A program made the translations under genes and the position numbers. A stretch of 64,000 nt of DNA from positions 90,398,001 through 90,462,000 of the forward strand of contig NC_086108.1 of the NCBI RefSeq assembly GCF_963921235.1. Reading direction: 5' to 3'. This stretch comes from Mobula hypostoma (lineage: Eukaryota). Positions within the stretch are counted from its first letter, which is position 1. Every line of letters starts with the position of its first letter. The notes beneath the pieces were generated by a model. It ran no database searches. It was not told where the DNA came from and saw only the letters and a list, made by a program, of their open reading frames with translations. This document shows, piece by piece, positions 1-12,529 of the stretch.

Positions 1-143
1 GAACCAACTGGTTGAAAGGAAATAGCTGTTCTGGAATCTGATGATATACGACTTCAAACATCTTTTTTTCTTGCCCAGTGGCAGCTGTGAAAAGGTGACA
101 TGGCCTATTGGTAGGAATGTTCCATATTTCACTTTTCTGGTTT

Positions 144-900
144 AAGATGGCGCTACTGAAGATGTCTGACAGCTTAATGGTAGATCAGAGGAAATATGAC
201 TAAAATATTATTAATAGCACCTTTCTTGAAGTAAATAGTGGTCACCACAGACGATGAAGCACATGGAGGTGAAGCAGATCCAAAAGATGGGCCATGTGGG
301 AGTATCGCAAAGCAGGAACACAACAACATCTTAAAGACATGGCTGCAGTCAATGTTGTTACCGCTGCCTCTGTTGGAGTGAATGATTTGGAGAGCAGTCG
401 ATGCGGAAGAGTTTGAAGCCCGTCTGCCAAACCTGGGTGCGAGGTTGGATCGCTCCAAGCGCGGAGCTGATTTGGTAAGATCGAGAACGACTTCGGGCTT
501 TGCTGCCCAAGCGTGTTGCTGCACCGAGATCCATTTCCTAGAGCAAGGCACTACTCAATGCTTGGACAACTTAAATGCCTGGTCAGGACCCCTGATGAAG
601 GGTCTCGGCCTGAAACGTCGACTGCACCTCTTCCTAGAGATGCTGCCTGGCCTGCTGCATTCACCAGCAACTTTTATGTGTGTTATCTAAAAGCTCAGTC
701 TGGTTTGGAATGCTATCGTTTTCATTTATTGTTTGCATGGTGTGTATGTGTCTTTTTTCCCCTCTTTCTCTGCACAGTGCTTATGGTCTTCCATAGTTTT
801 TAAATTGGGTTCTTTAGGTTTCTTGCTTTGTTGGTGCCTGTAAGCAAACATATCTCAAGGTGTATACTTTGTATATTCTTTGATAATAAATGAACCTTGA
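144..900 (+). mobile_element. Non-autonomous retroposon with AAGATGGCG head and AATAAA/TGAACC tail
   Basis: Starts AAGATGGCG (144-152) and ends GATAATAAATGAACCTTGA. No coherent ORF. It interrupts a minus-strand Rex1-like remnant (1-120 and 900-1180). Confidence 0.45.
591..684 (+). mobile_element. Penelope-like element terminal-repeat fragment with hammerhead core
   Basis: Nearly identical to 52336-52429. Contains CTGATGA-AGG..CCT-GAAACGTC (592-619). Confidence 0.85.
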
Positions 901-1180
901 TTGATAGATGTGGCCTTCTTGAAGCAGTGCCTCCTGCAGATATGACCGATGGTATGAAGGGATGTGCTTGTTATATATTCTGTTGAGTCAACTACTTTCT
1001 GAAGCTTCTTATGTTCCTGCAGATTGGTATTGCCGCACCTGACTAACAAAGTGAAGATGCTGATGCGCCTTCATACATGTGCTAGGACCTGGATAGGTCA
1101 TCTCATTCTCTCAATCTCCAACTGCAGAGTATTGCACGTTCACCCTCTTTCCCCTTCCTGAAGCGACTGATGTTGAACAA
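900..1180 (-). mobile_element. Rex1/Babar-like LINE 3' remnant
   Basis: Translation CGNTNLQEHKKLQKVVDSTEYIT..IGHICRRHCFKKATSI resembles the Rex1-type RT C-terminus. Confidence 0.6.
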
Positions 1181-1365
1181 GACATTGTTATTCTGGTATC
1201 ACTCAACTAAGGGTTCTCTCTCACTAACGGTAAAGGAGTTTACAAGAAGATCTTGTTTCCTCAATAACTTCTTTACCCTTAGTGAGAGAGAACACTTGTA
1301 AACTCCTTTACCATTAGTGAGAGAAAGAACCCTTAGTTGAGTGATACCACAATAACTAGGTCTTG
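1178..1365. repeat. Inverted repeat with ~70-bp arms
   Basis: Arms 1178-1246 and 1295-1365 are reverse complements with a few mismatches and a 2-bp indel. Confidence 0.9.
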
Positions 1366-1865
1366 GGGATGTTTCCTCAAGACCTATTAGGTACATTCTC
1401 AGGAAAGGAGTTGGACCTTTAGGACTGAAATGAGAAGAATACTCTGTATGCAGCAGATTATTGTTTTTTTTGGGAAAGTGTGCATGCTCATTTGTTGGGA
1501 AAATTCAAGGCTTACAATTTTTTTTTCCCCTTAAGTCTTGGAAATAGATCCATTTGGTCATTTAGTCCATGCAACAATTCCATGCCCCATATTTCCTATA
1601 ACCTTTCTCACATGCCCTTTAATGCTCCCCACAATCCTCCTACCACCGAACAGTAACAGGGATAACTTAGGTTAGTGAATCAGCCGAACATGCAGTATAA
1701 GACATAATAGCAGCAATAAGCGATCCAGCCCATTGAGTCTGCACCACCATTCAATCGTGGCTGATCTATACACGAGGAATTCTGCAGATGCTGGAAATTC
1801 AAGCAACACACATCAAAGTTGCTGGTGAACGCAGCAGGCCAGGCAGCATCTCTAGGAAGAGGTAC

Positions 1866-1901
1866 AGTCGACGTTTCGGGCTGAGACTCTTCGTCAGGAC
1901 T
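1866..1901 (-). ncRNA. Minimal type I hammerhead ribozyme motif (helix II weakened)
   Basis: Minus strand reads AGTC-CTGACGA-AGAGTCTCAGCCC-GAAA-CGTC-GACT. Confidence 0.6.
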
Positions 1902-2770
1902 AACTGAAGGAAGAGCTAGTAAGAGATTTGAAAGGGGGAGGGTGAGATCCAAAATGATAGAAGACAGGAGGGGGAGGGATGAAGCCAAGAGCTGGACAGG
2001 TGATTGGCAAAAGGGATATGAGAGGATCATGGGACAGGAGGCCCAGGGAGAAGGAAGAGGGGGAGTGGGGGGAAAAGCCCAGAGGATGGGCAAGGGGTAT
2101 AGTCAGAGGGACAGAGGGAGAAAAAGGAGAGAGAGAGAGAAAGAATGTGTATATAAAAATAAATAACGGATGGGGTACGAGGGGGAGGTGGGGCATTAGC
2201 GGAAGTTCGAGAAGTCAATGTTCATGCCATCAGGTTGGAGGCTACCCAGACGGAATATAAGACCTGTGCTCTGTCCGCCAGAGAAAGCAGGATCTCCCAG
2301 TGGCCACACATTTTAATTCCACATCCCATTCCCTTCCTGATATGTCTATCCACGGTCTCCTCTACTATAAAGATGAAGCCACAGTCAGGTTGGAGGAACA
2401 ACACCTTATATTCCGCCTGGGTAGCCTCCAACCTGATGGCATGAACATTGACTTCTCTAACTTCCGCTAATGCCCCACCCCCCTCTTGTTCCCCATCCGT
2501 TATTTTTTTATATACACACATTCTTTCTCTCACTCTCCTTTTTCTCCTTCTGTCCCTCTCACTATACCCCTTGATCATCCTCTGGGTTTTTCCCCCCCTC
2601 CCCCTTTTCCTTCTCCCTGGGCCTCCTCTCCCATGATCCTCTCATATCCCTTTTGCCAATCACCTGTCCAGCTCTTAGCTCCATCCCTCCCCCTCCTGTC
2701 TTCTCCTATCATTTTGGATCACCCCCTCACCCTCCCACTTCCAAATCTCTTACTAGCTCTTCCTTCAGTT

Positions 2771-2806
2771 AGTCCTGACGAAGGGTCTCGGCCCGAAATG
2801 TAGACT
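2771..2806 (+). ncRNA. Minimal type I hammerhead ribozyme motif (variant)
   Basis: AGTC-CTGACGA-AGGGTCTCGGCCC-GAAA-TGTA-GACT. Helix I is AGTC/GACT; helix III is altered. Confidence 0.6.
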
Positions 2807-3139
2807 GTACCCCTTCCTAGAGATGCTGCCTGGCCTGCTGCGTTCACCAGCAACTTTGTGTGTGGCTAATCTATTATCTTTTTTGTTCTGGCAAGTCAGA
2901 ATAATCAGCACCCAAGTGGTCAGCTGAAACAAATCCCAGGGTGAATTTTACTGATCATTGTCCCAATCAGGGATTAAATTGTTCATGGTTAAACTATTTA
3001 AATAGTTGTACTGGCGAGTGTGAGTTTGTATTGAGTTTTGAGGTTGGTGTATTTTTACTGAATATAAAGTTATTCTGAATTCCAGTTTATTCTATTGTCT
3101 GGCTTTGGGTCTTATCAATAGTTATAGGTGAGAGAACAC

Positions 3140-3605
3140 AAAACCTTGAGAATGAAAGGGTTATCATGAGGAACATTTGATAGCTCTGGGTCTGTACTCA
3201 CTGGAATTTAGAAGGATGAGGGGGGATCTCATTGAAACATTTTGAATGTTGAAAGGCTGAGAAAGAGTAGATGTGGAAAGGAGGTTTCCCATGGTGGGGG
3301 TGTCTAGACAAGAGGGCATAGCCTCAGGATAGAAGGGTGCCCATTTAAAACACAGATGTGGAGAAATTTCTTTAGCCAAAGGATGGTGAATTTGAGGAAT
3401 TTATTCCCACAGGTAGTTGTGGAAGCCAGGTCATTGTGTGTATTTAAGGCAGAGCTTGATAGGTTCTTGATTAGAAATGGCTTCTAAGTTTATGGGATCA
3501 AGGCTGGGAAATTGTGCTGAAGAGGGGTGGAAAAGGATCAGCCATGTTTGAATGGCGGAGCAGACTCGAGGGGCCAAGTGGCCAAATTCTGCTCCTGTGT
3601 CTTGT
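3140..3605 (+). mobile_element. CR1-type LINE 3' end
   Basis: Degenerate LGLYSLEFRRMRGDLIETF coding region and a 3' UTR shared with other CR1 copies in the window. Confidence 0.8.
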
Positions 3606-4029
3606 GTTTTATATTAACCAGGAAGATGTGCACCCTCCACACAGACACCACCAAAAGTCAGAATTGAAGCTGGTCACTGTAACTCTGCACTTTCTAAGGA
3701 GTTGCCCAGATGGACTTGAACTATTGTGCTTGTCTTATGTGTTCATGCTGATATTGATATTTTTTCCAAGTACTAAACAGATTAGACAATATGGGGATTT
3801 TGTGAATATACTGGCATGAGGAAAAAATCTTACAAGATGGTAGACAGGTCTCACATCCTCCACCTTCTTGCATTCTTTTGCTCTTGGCGTTATGCTGGTC
3901 CACATGCTCTGTTTCTCAGTTATCACTTAATCTATCCCAAATTTATCCAATTTTGTACAATGATAACACTACACTATCTGTTGAAAGTTGTCTTTGCTTG
4001 TACAAGCTTTTTAAGATTTCAGTGAATGC

Positions 4030-4370
4030 TTGTAGGAGTAGATATATTGAAAGATTTGGATACAGTAGATGTGCAGAAGATGTTTTCAGTAGTGGAAGAG
4101 TCTAGGTCCAGAGGGTGCAGCCTCAGAACGGAAGAGCATCCTTTCAAAAGTGAGTTGGAATTTTTTTAGACAGAGTGTGGCGAATCTGTGTTATTCGTTG
4201 CCACAGATAGCTGTAGAGGCCAAGTCATTGGATATATTTAGAGCAAAGGTTGATAGGTTCTTGATTAGTTATGAGGAAAAGGCAGAAGAATGTGTTTGAA
4301 GGGGAAAATAAATCAGCCATGATGGAATGGGAGAGTTAAATGGCCTAATTTTGCTTCTACAATGTATATC
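4030..4370 (+). mobile_element. CR1-type LINE 3' end (older)
   Basis: Homologous to 3240-3600 and 12000-12360. Confidence 0.7.
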
Positions 4371-4839
4371 TTATTTGATTATCTGTAACAGTGAATGAAC
4401 CACTTTTGATGTTGAACACTGAGGTCCCCTTCTAAATGTAAATTTTAAGTTGTTGCTCCCTCATTGCATCTGGATGGAGGTTCATCGATCCATTAGCTGG
4501 GCTAAGGTGGTAATTAGTGGGGGCAGGAGATGCTGGATGTTGAGCCATGAGATATTATAGACTGTCAACTCCCTACACCATTCATTACCAAATTTACACC
4601 AGTGAGTCTGTCTTTTAAATGGGAGGGAACACAGACAAGCACTAAGGCTGAAGTTTTGAATCCAGTTTAAGTGATTACATTTGTGTTGGTCTATTGCTTG
4701 AATTGTCCTTGTCACAGCTCTCAGAATTTTGAGAATCCCCAGGTATTAATTAGGACGAATTTGCAGGGCTAACTGGACTGTGTGAGCTCTTGTCTTCTCT
4801 AGTGACTAGATAAAGCATTATTTTAATTTTTCCCAGTAC

Positions 4840-5080
4840 TTTGACGTAACTGGACAATTCAAAGGGGGATTTCAGAGTCATCATATTACTCAGTAAGTGT
4901 AAGGATGACAGGTTTCCTTCACCAAATTACTGATGCTAGTAAAATACTTGGGTTTTTATGACCTATCTGGTAGTTTTGTTTTAATTAATTGAATTTAAAC
5001 TGTTCAACTGTGACAGAGGGACTTGAATTTGTGTGCCTGGTTTATCAATTCAGCACTCTGTTTTACTTTATTTGCACAAG
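4840..5080 (-). mobile_element. Ancient LF-SINE-like remnant (tentative)
   Basis: Segments GTAAGGATGACAGGTTTCCTTC, GGGTTTTTATGAC..TCTGGTAGTTT and AATTGAATTTAAA resemble my recollection of the LF-SINE-type consensus. Confidence 0.3.
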
Positions 5081-5294
5081 ACCATAATAGCAAGTTGAAT
5101 TTACAATGTACCTTGCAAATATGAAAGTGTTGCTTACCTATTAAGAGATATAAAAATGGATAACTAACCAGAAAGTCATAATAATTAAACCTTCAGAAAA
5201 GAGTTAGAAAGAGGCTAACAGATGAAGGTAATGAAGAGACAAAAGCTTGGCAATAAATGCCTTAAAATGTGTAATGGATTGTCATTAATGTAGT

Positions 5295-5765
5295 TCACAG
5301 AGTCATAAAACACTACAGCACAGAAACAGGCCCTTCAGCCCATCTACATCATGCCAAACTATTAATCTGCCTAGTCTCATTGACCTGCGCCTGGACCATA
5401 GCCCTCCCATCCATGTACCTATTAAAATTTATCTTAAATGTTGAAATTGAGCCCACATCCACCGCTTCTGCTAGAAGCTCATTCCACACTCTCACCACCC
5501 TCTGAGTGAAGAAGTTCACCCTCGTTCCCATAAACCATTTCACCTTTCTGCCTTTCGTTTTAGTTTCACCCAACTTCAGTGGGAAAGCCTACTTGTACTT
5601 ACCTTATCTATACCCCTTATAATTTTATATACCTTCTTCAAACCCCCCCTTATTCTCCTGTGCTCCAGAAAATTAAGTCCAAACCCATTCAATCTTTCCC
5701 TATAACTCAGGCCCTCAAGTTCTGGCAACATCCTTGTAAATTTTCCCTGCACGCTTTATCAATTG
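5295..5765 (-). mobile_element. CR1-type LINE 3' end
   Basis: Translation NFFTQRVVRVWNELLAEAV plus a CR1-type 3' UTR. Confidence 0.75.
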
Positions 5766-7270
5766 TTGTTGATAATTTATCAATAAGTCTTATTGATATT
5801 ATCTTAGTCACTTCCACTATTTTGTCTGCTATCCTATTACCTCAAAGTTTTCATACTTGATGGGTGCTGCCATAATCTAATTTTTAAGCAAAAGAAAACT
5901 GTCCAGAGAAGTATTTCCAGAATGTACTATTTCTTACAAAACTCAGTCTTCTCTGGGCTGCTTTACACAATTTATCATTAAGTATTTTGATCAGACATAT
6001 GCATCATGTTCAGTAAATTTGTCTCCTGATGATTATTCATTTGGCAAGCAAGGAATATTGGAGTTCAGAGTGGGGAGAAAAATGACATGCAATTTAAAAA
6101 TGAATATTAATATGTTCGAGCCTGTTGGTATCAAAAATGATTACCTGTCTCATCTGCCAAAACAGTCTTGATTGCTTCCTTTTACATGCGCACCGTTTAA
6201 TCTTTCTAAACAGTCACTAGCTTACCCCCCTCCTCTGTCTTTCTCAATTTGCCATTATTCCTTTAAGATGCCTTTCTTTTCCTTACAAAACACAAACATG
6301 TCACTTAGCCCAAGTAGCTGACTTTGGAATTTTTTTTCTGAAGTCCTGGTAAACTCGTCTTATTCCCCCATTCTTTTATAAATGATGTTATAGAGATTTA
6401 TTTTATTAATGCTCATTATCCCGTCTGTCTTTGTATGAACTCTGATCCAATACTTCGCTCTTTGTAACCTCAAGCAAATCATTGATGTACACAGTGGACA
6501 GAAGTGTTCCTTAAGGAAGCCTTGTGAAATCCTGCAATCAATTCTAAGCAGTTGTAGTTTCTACAGTTTGATTCAGTTTTTCTCGACAGATTCATACTCT
6601 GGATTTTTTGTTCATCTGCTCTTCTTTCATGTTTGGTAATTTATCAAATACTTTTGAAATTCCACATCATTACCAGTATATCTTAGCTCCCACCATACAG
6701 ATTACTAATTTGATGGTACATCTTTAGTTATATTGGAAATTAGTAGTTTAAATTAGTCATACTGCATGGAAGCAGTTCCTTTAGCCTCTGAGTCAGTGCT
6801 GATCATCAACCACACTTTTACACTAATCATTCACTGATCCCCCTCGTTTATTCTCCCCATATTCTCTTCGACTCCCACAGTTCATGTACACACTATGGAT
6901 CAAGTTTTGTGGTCAATTAACCTCTCAAACTTTCTGCTGTCTCTTCTGCAATCTGGAAGTAGATGATGCATTGTGCTATATAACATTAGTGCTTAAATTC
7001 TGTAAGCTATATCCAAAGTAAAGATAAAGCAAATGATAGAATGAAGGTTAAATTCAAGTTCAGGTTTATTGTCATTCAACTGTGTACATGTGTAACTGCC
7101 AAGTGAAACAACGTTCCTCTGGACCAAAGTGCACAACACATAACATACAGCTTACACACAACACAGAAAGTAATAGAAACATAAAAACATAGAGAATAGG
7201 TGCAGGAGTAGGCCATTCGGCCCTTCGAGCCTGCACCGCCATTCAGTATGATCATGGCTGATCATCCAAC

Positions 7271-10200
7271 TCAGAACCCTCCATACCCCCCGATCCCTTT
7301 AGCCACAAGGGCCATATCTAACTCCCTCTTAAATATAGCCAATGAACTGGCCTCAACTGTTTCCTGTGGCAGAGAATTCCACAGATTCACCACTCTCTGT
7401 GTGAAGAAGTTTTTCCTAATCTCGGTCCTAAAAGGCTTCCCCTTTATCCTCAAACTGTGACCCCTCGTTCTGAGACTTCCCCAACATCGGGAACAATCTT
7501 CCTGCATCTAGCCTGTCCAATCCCTTTAGGATTTTATATGTTTCAATCGGATCCCCCCTCAATCTTCTAAATTCCAACAAGTATAAGCCTAGTTCATCCA
7601 GTCTTTCATCATATGAAAGTCCTGCCATCCCAGAAATCAATCTGGTGAACCTTCTTTGTACTCCCTCTAAGGCAAGGATTTCTTTCCTCAGATTAGGGGA
7701 CCAAAACTGCACACAATAATCCAGGTGTGGTCTCACCAAGGCCTTGTACAACTGCAGTAGTACCTCCCTGCTCCTGTACTCGAATCCTCTTGCTATAAAT
7801 GCCAGCATACCATTCGCCTTTTTCACTGCCTGCTGTACCTGCATGCCCACTTTCAATGACTGGTGTATAATGACACCCAGGTCTCGTTGCACCTCCCCTT
7901 TTCCTAATCGGCCACCATTCAGATAATAATCTGTTTTCCGGTTTTTGCCACCAAAGTGGATAACTTCACATTTATCCACATTAAATTGCATCTGCCATGA
8001 ATTTGCCCACTCACCTAACCTATCCAAGTCACCCTGAATCCTCTTAGCATCCTCCTCACAGCTAACACTGCCGCCCAGCTTCGTGTCATCCACAAACTTG
8101 GAGATGCTGCATTTAATTCCCTCATCCAAGTCATTAATATATATTGTAAACAACTGGGGTCCCATCACTGAGCCTTGTGGTGCCCCACTAGTCACTGCCT
8201 GCCATTCTGAAAAGGTCCCATTTATTCCCACTCTTTGCTTCCTGTCTGCCAACCAATTCTCTATCCACATCAATACCTTACCCCCAATACTGTGTGCTTT
8301 AAGTTTGCACACTAATCTCCTGTGTGGGACCTTGTCAAAAGCCTTTTGAAACTCTAAATATACCACATCCACTGGTTCTCCCCTATCCACTCTACTAGTT
8401 ACATCCTCAAAAAATTCTATGAGATTCGTCAGGCATGATTTTCCTTTCACAAATCCATGCTGACTTTGTCCGATGATTTCACCGCTTTCCAAATGTGCTG
8501 TTATCACATCTTTGATAACTGACTCTAGCAGTTTCCCCACCACCGATGTTAGGCTAACCGGTCTATAATTCCCTGGTTTCTCTCTCCCTCCTTTTTTAAA
8601 AAGTGAGGTTATGTTAGCCACCCTCCAATCCTCAGGAACTAGTCCAGAATCTAAAGAGTTTTGAAAAATTATCACTAATGCATCCACTATTTCTTGGGCT
8701 ACTTCCTTAAGCACTCTGGGATGCAGAACATCTGGCCCTGGGGATTTATCTGCCTTTAATCCCTTCAATTTACCTAACACCACTTCCCTACTAATATGTA
8801 TTTCCCTCAGTTCCTCCATCTCACTGGACCCTCTGTCCCCTACTATTTCTGGAAGATTATTTATGTCCTCCTTAGTGAAGACAGAACCAAAGTAATTATT
8901 CAATTGGTCTGCCATGTCCTTGCTCCCCATAATCAATTCACCTGTTTCTGTCTGTAGGGGACCTACATTTGTCTTAACCAATCTTTTTCTTTTCACATAT
9001 CTATAAAAGCTTTTATAGTCAGTTTTTATGTTCCCTGCCAGTTTTCTCTCATAATCTGTTTTCCCCTTCCTAATTAAGCCCTTTGTCCTCTTCTGCTGAA
9101 CTCTGAATTTCTCCCAGCGCTCAGGTGAGCCACTTTTTCTGGCTAATTTGTATGCTTCTTCTTTGGAATTGATACTATCCCTAATTTCCCATGTCAGCCT
9201 CGGGTGCACTACCTTTCTTGATTTATTCTTTTGCCAAGCTGGGATGAACAATTGTTGCAGTTCATTCATGCGATCTTTAAATGCTTGCCATTGCATATCC
9301 ACCGTCAACCCTTTAAGTGTCATTTGCCAGTCTATCTTAGCTAATTCACGTCTCATACCTTCAAAGTTCCCCTTCTTTAAGTTCAGAACCTTTGTTTCTG
9401 AATTAACTATGTCACTCTCCGTCTTAATGAAGAATTCCACCATATTATGGTCACTCTTACCCAAGGGGCCTCTCACGACAAGATTGCTAATTAACCCTTC
9501 CTCATTGCTCAATACCCAGTCTAGAATAGCCTGCTCTCTGGTTGGTTCCTCGACATGTTGGTTCAAAAAACCATCCCGCATACATTCCAAAAAATCCTCT
9601 TCCTCAGCACCCTTACCAATTTAGTTCATCCAATCTACATGTAGATTGAAGTCACCCATTATAACTGCTGTTCCTTTATTGCACACATTTCTAATTTCCT
9701 GTTTAATACCATCCCCAACCTCACTACTAATGTTAGGTGGCCTGTACACAACTCCCACCAGCGTTTTCTGCCCCTTAGTGTTATGCAGCTCTACCCATAT
9801 CGATTCCACATCCTCCCGGCTTATGTCCTTCTTTTCTATTGCGTTAATCTCCTCTCTAACCAGCAACGCCACCCCACCTCCTTTTCTTTCATGTCTATCC
9901 CTCCTGAATATTGAATATCCCTGAATGTTGAGCTCCCATCCTTGGTCACCCTGGAGCCATGTCTCTGTGATCCCAACTATATCATATTTATTAATAACAA
10001 TCTGCACTTTTAATTCATCCACCTTGTTAGGAATGCTCCTTGCATTGACACACAAAGCCTTCAGGCGCACTTTTACAACTCTCTTAGCCCTTATACAATT
10101 ATGTTGAAAAGTGGCCCTTTTTGATGCTTGCCCTGGATTTGTCGGCCTGCCACTTTTACTTTTCACCTTACTACTTTTTGCTTCTACCCTCATTTTACAC

Positions 10201-10289
10201 CCCTCTGTCTCTCTGCACTGGTTCCCATCCCCTTGTTGTGAATTAACCTCCTCTCGCCTAGCCTCTTTAATTTGATTCCCACCCCCCAA
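7271..10289 (-). pseudogene. CR1 ORF2: APE endonuclease plus reverse transcriptase
   Basis: EN motifs NARSI, GITETWL, GGGVAL, YRPP, MGDFN. RT motifs PGPD, NYRPVSL, QHGF, FQKAFDKV, PQGSVMGP, FVDD. One in-frame stop (9621-9623) and a frameshift near 7470. Confidence 0.95.
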
Positions 10290-10294
10290 CCATT

Positions 10295-11117
10295 CTAGTT
10301 TAAAGTCACCTCAGTAGCCCTCGCTGATCTCCCTGCCAGGATATTAGTCCCCCTAGGATTCAAGTGTAACCCGTCCTTTCTGTACAGGTCACGCCTGCGC
10401 CAAAAGAGGTCCCAATGATCCAAAAACTTGAATCCCTGCCCCCTGCTCCAATCCCTCAGCCACGCATTTATCCTCCACCTCATTGCATTCCTACTCTCAC
10501 TGTTGCATGGCACAGGCAGTAATCCCGAGATTACTACCTTTGCGGTCCTTTTTCTCAACTCCCTTCCTAGCTCCCTATATTCTCCTTTCAGGACCTCTTC
10601 CCTTTTCCTTCCTATGTCATTGGTACCTATAGGTACCACGACCTCTGGCTCCTCACCCTCCCACTTCAGGATATCTTGGACACGATCAGGAATATCCCGG
10701 ACCCTGGCACCAGGGAGGCAAACTACCATCCGGGTCTCTGGACTGCGTCCACAGAATCACCTATCTGACCCCCTTACTATCGAGTCCCCTATTACAACTG
10801 CCCTCCTCTTCCTTGCCCTACCCTTCTGAGCTACAGGGCCGGACTCTGTGCCGGAGGCACGGCCACTGTCGCTTCCCCCAGGTAAGCTGTCCCCCCCAAC
10901 AGTACTCAAACAGGAGTACCTATTGTCAAGGGGCACAGCCACCGGGGTACTCTCTATTACCTGACTCTTACTCTTCTCCTTCCCCCTCCTAACCGTGATC
11001 CACTGGTCTGCCTCCCGTGGCCCCGGTGTGACCACCTGCCTGTAACTCCACTCTATCAACTCCTCACTCTCCCTGACCAGACGAAGGTCATCGAGCTGCA
11101 GCTCCAGTTCCCTTACG
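10295..11117 (-). pseudogene. CR1 ORF1 with SGNH/GDSL esterase domain
   Basis: Motifs VIGDSIVRG, LPGA, IGTND, DGLHLN. One in-frame TGA at 10757-10759 splits the two ORF-track pieces. Confidence 0.9.
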
Positions 11118-11224
11118 ACATATTAGGACAAATTTATTAACAACTATTAAAATGTATTCCAGAATATATTTTATTGACTCCCAAGCCCTCAGGTACAAGG
11201 ATCATATTAAATGATTGACTCAAC

Positions 11225-12370
11225 CTTTGCCTTTGACAAGTTACCGTACATGAGGCTACTTAACAAGCTACAAGCCTATGGTATTACAGGAAAGATTCTA
11301 GCATGGATAAAGCAGTAGTTGATAGGCAAGGAGTGGGAATAAAGGGGCTTTTTCTGCTTGGCTGCCGGTGACTACTGGTGTTGGGACCGATTCTTTTTAC
11401 GTTATATGTCAATGATTTTGATAATGGAATTGATGGTTTTGTCACACAGTTTGCAGACAATATGAAGATAGGTGGAGGAGCAGGTAGTTTTGAGGAAGTA
11501 GAGAGGCTACTGAAGGACTTAGACAAGGTGAATGGGCAAAAAAGCAGATGGAATACAGTGTCGGGAAGTGTATGGTCATGCACTTTAATAGAAGAAATGA
11601 AAGGGTTGACTATTTTCTAAATGGAGAGAAAATTTAAAAAATCTGAGATGCAAAGGGACTTGGTAGGATTCCCAAAAGGTTAATTTGCAGGTTGAGTCTA
11701 TGGTGAGGAAGGCAAATGAAATGTTAGCTTTCACTTCAAGAGGACTGGAATACAAAAGCAAGGATGTAATGTTGAGACTTCATAAAGCACTAGTGAGGCC
11801 TCACTTTGAGTATTGTGAGCAGGTTTGGGTCCCTTATCTTGGAAAGGATGTGCTAAAACTGGAGATGGTGCAAAAGAGCTTCACAAAAATGATTCGAGGA
11901 TTGAAAAGCTTGTCATATAAAGAGTGTCTGATGGCTCTGGGCCTGTATTCCCTGAATTCAGAAGAATGAGGGGTAACCTCATTGAAACCTATCAAATGGT
12001 GAAAGGGTGTGATAGAGTGGATGTGGAGAGGATGTTTCCTATGGTGAAAGAGAGTCGAAAATCAGAGGACACAGTATCAGAATAGAAGGGAGTCCTTTTA
12101 GAATTGAGATGAGAAGGAATTTCTTTAGCCAAGAGGTGATAAATCTGTGGAATTCTTTGCTACAGGCAGCAGCAGAGGTCAGGTCTTTATGTATATTTAA
12201 TGAAGAGGTACATCAATTCTTGATTTGTCAGGGATAAAGGGATATGGTGGGAGAGAGAAGGTAGGGGATTGGGGCTGAGAGGGAAATTGGATCAGCCATG
12301 ATGAAGTGGTAGAGAAGACGCAATGGGCCCAATGGCCTAATTCTGCTCCTATATCTTATGATCTTGTGTC
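11225..12370 (+). mobile_element. CR1-type LINE RT/3' fragment
   Basis: Motifs LGPILFTLYVND, FADN, KALVRPHFEYC, followed by the 3' UTR. Confidence 0.85.
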
Positions 12371-12529
12371 TTATAAGGTAGTGCACACCAGGACTGGGAT
12401 GAGAAATTCTGCCACTCAGAAGGCAATAAATCTTTGGGATTCTCTTCTCAGGATGTTAATGGATGTTGATGCATGAAATATTTTCCCATCTGAGCTCAAG
12501 GACATGTGAACTGTGGCTAAAAGTTTGTC

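Larger units (their letters stand above)
1770..2861. mobile_element. Penelope-like element, inverted (minus copy plus plus copy) insertion with TSD
   Basis: Inverted arms ~1807-2261 and 2405-2864. GIY-YIG C-terminal coding sequence lies at ~2270-2470. Flanking direct repeat GTGGCTGATCTAT (1757-1769) / GTGGCTAATCTAT (2862-2874). Confidence 0.9.
7173..11117 (-). mobile_element. Young CR1 LINE, 5'-truncated within ORF1
   Basis: ORF1 (esterase), ORF2 (APE-RT) and 3' UTR ending in (CTATGTTT)-like repeats at ~7173-7198. Very few disabling mutations. Confidence 0.95.

Noticed and set aside
513..803. Recurrent peptide PDEGSRPETSTAPLPRDAAWPAAFTSNF in several ORFs (also 1680-2093, 52158-52527)
   Set aside because: It is a translation of the non-coding Penelope terminal repeat and hammerhead, not a protein family.
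4718..4742. Micro-exon-like AG..GT segments (also ~6590, ~26640, ~59990)
   Set aside because: Such short matches are expected by chance in AT-rich DNA and give no recognisable peptide.
7744..10829. Plus-strand ORFs overlapping the CR1
   Set aside because: They are antisense shadows of ORF1/ORF2 with no independent motifs.
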